The notes under the pieces were generated by a model, which saw only the letters and a list, made by a program, of their open reading frames with translations, had not been told where the DNA came from and searched no databases. A DNA stretch of 64,000 nt from an uncultured Ignavibacteriaceae bacterium (GTDB lineage: Bacteria; Zixibacteria; MSB-5A5; GN15; PGXB01). Both the position numbers and the translations under genes were made by a program. The first letter of the stretch is position 1, and each line of letters starts with the position of its first letter. The stretch is taken from NCBI GenBank assembly GCA_964459465.1, contig CAYWLR010000001.1, positions 35,866 through 99,865 on the forward strand, read 5' to 3'. Of the stretch, positions 62,151 through 64,000 are shown piece by piece.

Positions 62151-63620
62151 ATGAATAATTCGCGTGATATACGAAGCGCCATGAGCCCGGCGGCTTTTTT
62201 GATGATCTTGTTCGCCATTTTGGTTTCGTCAGCGTCGTCATTGACACTCGAAGAAGCTATCGACCTGGGACTTAACCATACCGCCCGTGGCAGTATGATT
62301 GAGGGTAACCTGGAAGTAGCCGAGCAGAATTATTTCGCCCGACGCATCAATTTCTATCTGCCAGAAATTTCCATCAAAGGTTCGGTGCCGTCGTATTCGG
62401 TCGATGAGTCATATCGCTTTTTTGGCGGCTCACCCGTCAAGAAACTATTCGAAACCCGGGATCTGGGGTTCAACTCATTTGTCGAATTGAATCAGAGCCT
62501 GCTGACAGGCGGCGACGTCCGCGTCACGGCCAACCTGTTATCCCAGAAAGACCGCTATCCCAACACCCGTCTCGACGACGGCTCGTTTATCGACGAAAGA
62601 ACGCGCCAGGGATATTTCACCTTTAGCTACACCCAGCCGCTGCTGAAACCATCGGATGCCCGGCACCAGTTGAAAAACACCCGTGACGATTTCGAAATCG
62701 CCCGGCTCTCAAGAATCGAAGAGGAAACAACTTTAAAAAAGGAAATCATCGAATCTTATCTGGGCGTGCTGCAGTTGTCGATCAAAAAGGATATGTCGGA
62801 AGCGGGATACGAAGCCGCCCGCCTGCAGACCGAAATCGATTCGCTCAAGCTGGCCGATCAAATTCTGTCAGAGGAGGACTATCTTGGTTCGGTATCCGGA
62901 AGCCTCGACGCCGAACTGGATAAATTCGAGGTCGAGACGCAACTGGAGGAAAAGGAACGCCAGCTGGCCATATTACTGGATAAGGATGTCTTCGCCGACC
63001 AGACCCTGGTCGAGCCGGTCGTGCAAAGCCATATCGAGCCGGATAAAAAAACCGCATTGATGAATGGCTGGGAATTATCGGTGCCCGCCCGAAAAGCCGA
63101 ATTGCAGTACAAAAAGGCCCGGCGCGAGGCCGATTATAAAGCCTCCGGTCATGGTCTGACCGGGGACCTTACAGCCAACTATTCCACCGGCAACGGTTAT
63201 ATCAAGACCGATGATATCCGTGAGGATATCGATACCAAGGGTTGGGGCATCTCGCTGAACTTTTCATTTCCGCTCTGGGACGGCGGTTCATCGGGGGCTT
63301 CGGTTAAGGCCGCCAATCTTCAGGCCGAACAGGCGCGTCTGGAATTCGAACGTACCCGCCAGAATGCCAAAGCCGAAATCGTCAATCTGGTCAATGCCCT
63401 GGACGTCAGCTATCGCCGTCTGGACATTATGAAAAAACAAATCGATTTGGCCCGCAACCGACTTAACATTGCCCAGGGCCGCTATAGCGACGGGCGCATA
63501 TCGAGAATCGAGTATCTTGAGACTCAAAAAATATATCTGGAAACAAAATATGAATACCTCGAGGAATTGAAAGCTTATTTGATTAACCGGGCTGAATTGG
63601 ACGGTAAGTACATGGAGTAA
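62151..63620 (+). CDS. TolC-family outer membrane efflux protein
   Basis: Start at MNNSRD (AGAGG upstream; 62115 is an alternative). Signal peptide followed by LTLEEAIDLGLNHT, and two repeat halves with long helical segments. Confidence 0.8.
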   Translation: MNNSRDIRSAMSPAAFLMILFAILVSSASSLTLEEAIDLGLNHTARGSMIEGNLEVAEQNYFARRINFYLPEISIKGSVPSYSVDESYRFFGGSPVKKLFETRDLGFNSFVELNQSLLTGGDVRVTANLLSQKDRYPNTRLDDGSFIDERTRQGYFTFSYTQPLLKPSDARHQLKNTRDDFEIARLSRIEEETTLKKEIIESYLGVLQLSIKKDMSEAGYEAARLQTEIDSLKLADQILSEEDYLGSVSGSLDAELDKFEVETQLEEKERQLAILLDKDVFADQTLVEPVVQSHIEPDKKTALMNGWELSVPARKAELQYKKARREADYKASGHGLTGDLTANYSTGNGYIKTDDIREDIDTKGWGISLNFSFPLWDGGSSGASVKAANLQAEQARLEFERTRQNAKAEIVNLVNALDVSYRRLDIMKKQIDLARNRLNIAQGRYSDGRISRIEYLETQKIYLETKYEYLEELKAYLINRAELDGKYME

Positions 63621-63748
63621 TTGCTGTTAAAAATAGGCTTCGATTCTCGTTATGGCCTCGGATAAATTATCTGTTTTGTCCCGTATATTAGGCATTTTTC
63701 TCTTGACCCGCCGAAAAATAATATACATAATACGACGGTGATTCCGTT

Positions 63749-64000
63749 ATGTGTACGAATAAACCTATGGGGCCGAAGATGATAAATTCGTTGAAGGCAT
63801 CTTGTTGTTCAAAGGCCGTGCTGACGGCATCATTTATATATAGTTTTGTCTTGACCGTGTCGCTCGGTCTTTTGTCCTCAGCAGCCCAGGCGGTATCAAG
63901 CGCCGACTGCCTCGATTGTCATGAAAAAGCTATCCGGGACACCTCCCGAACCTATCATGAGCTGCTCGAGGTGTCATCGCACGAGGCCATGGATTGCACC
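63749..64000 (+). CDS. Secreted c-type (probably multihaem) cytochrome, 3' end beyond the window
   Basis: Frame stays open to the window end. Signal peptide (FIYSFVLTVSLGLLSSAAQA) and haem-binding motif CLDCH at 63908-63922. A possible TTGACC-N17-CATAAT promoter lies upstream. Confidence 0.6.
   Translation, partial: MCTNKPMGPKMINSLKASCCSKAVLTASFIYSFVLTVSLGLLSSAAQAVSSADCLDCHEKAIRDTSRTYHELLEVSSHEAMDCT

Noticed and set aside
1-64000. A search for mobile elements, prophage, integrase or transposase genes, CRISPR arrays, toxin-antitoxin or known defence-system genes, and rRNA or tRNA genes.
   Set aside because: No ORF shows DDE/HUH transposase, tyrosine or serine recombinase, reverse transcriptase, Cas or phage structural motifs. 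I noticed no long direct or inverted terminal repeats and no conserved rRNA or tRNA signatures. Small or degenerate elements could have escaped inspection by eye.

Overview
A 64-kb fragment with about 42 protein-coding genes and moderate GC. It probably comes from an uncultivated Gram-negative bacterium; that is inferred from one T9SS-type C-terminal sorting domain, a TolC/MacAB-like efflux operon, sigma54-type regulation and an HdrD/DsrK-like module, which together suggest an FCB-superphylum-like lineage. I saw no rRNA, tRNA, CRISPR array, transposase, integrase or phage block. Ordinary genes include queG, a VanY-type M15 peptidase, a GNAT acetyltransferase, a flavin reductase, a heterodimeric ABC exporter, aceE, an SSADH-like ALDH, an Rrf2 regulator with a NarI-like/DsrK-like pair, two sensor kinases plus a sigma54 activator, a GT-C glycosyltransferase cluster and a MacA/MacB-permease/TolC operon. 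The window is strongly enriched in secreted proteins. Nine of them carry the same ~65-aa twin EF-hand dockerin-like module, usually bracketed by cysteines and ending in C-P. The carriers are S1, M14 and M6 peptidases, a PQQ sugar dehydrogenase-like propeller, a 7-bladed FG-GAP propeller, a BNR/thrombospondin-type-3 protein, two multi-repeat non-enzymatic proteins and one small protein. None is a glycoside hydrolase and no cohesin is recognisable, so this looks like a non-cellulosomal, peptidase-loaded surface display or sorting system. It is my lead candidate for an undescribed system. Other leads: a tight operon of Hanks kinase, PEK-rich membrane anchor, fibre-like protein and T9SS-tagged protein; a leader-peptide/terminator attenuator-like unit upstream of the ABC exporter; an orphan consensus promoter plus strong terminator with no ORF (candidate ncRNA or leader); an orphan E1p next to an SSADH-like ALDH; an oversized GlpX-fold protein heading the GT-C cluster; and an SGNH-fold protein lacking its catalytic Ser and His. 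All functional calls rest on motifs read from the translations. No database search was possible.
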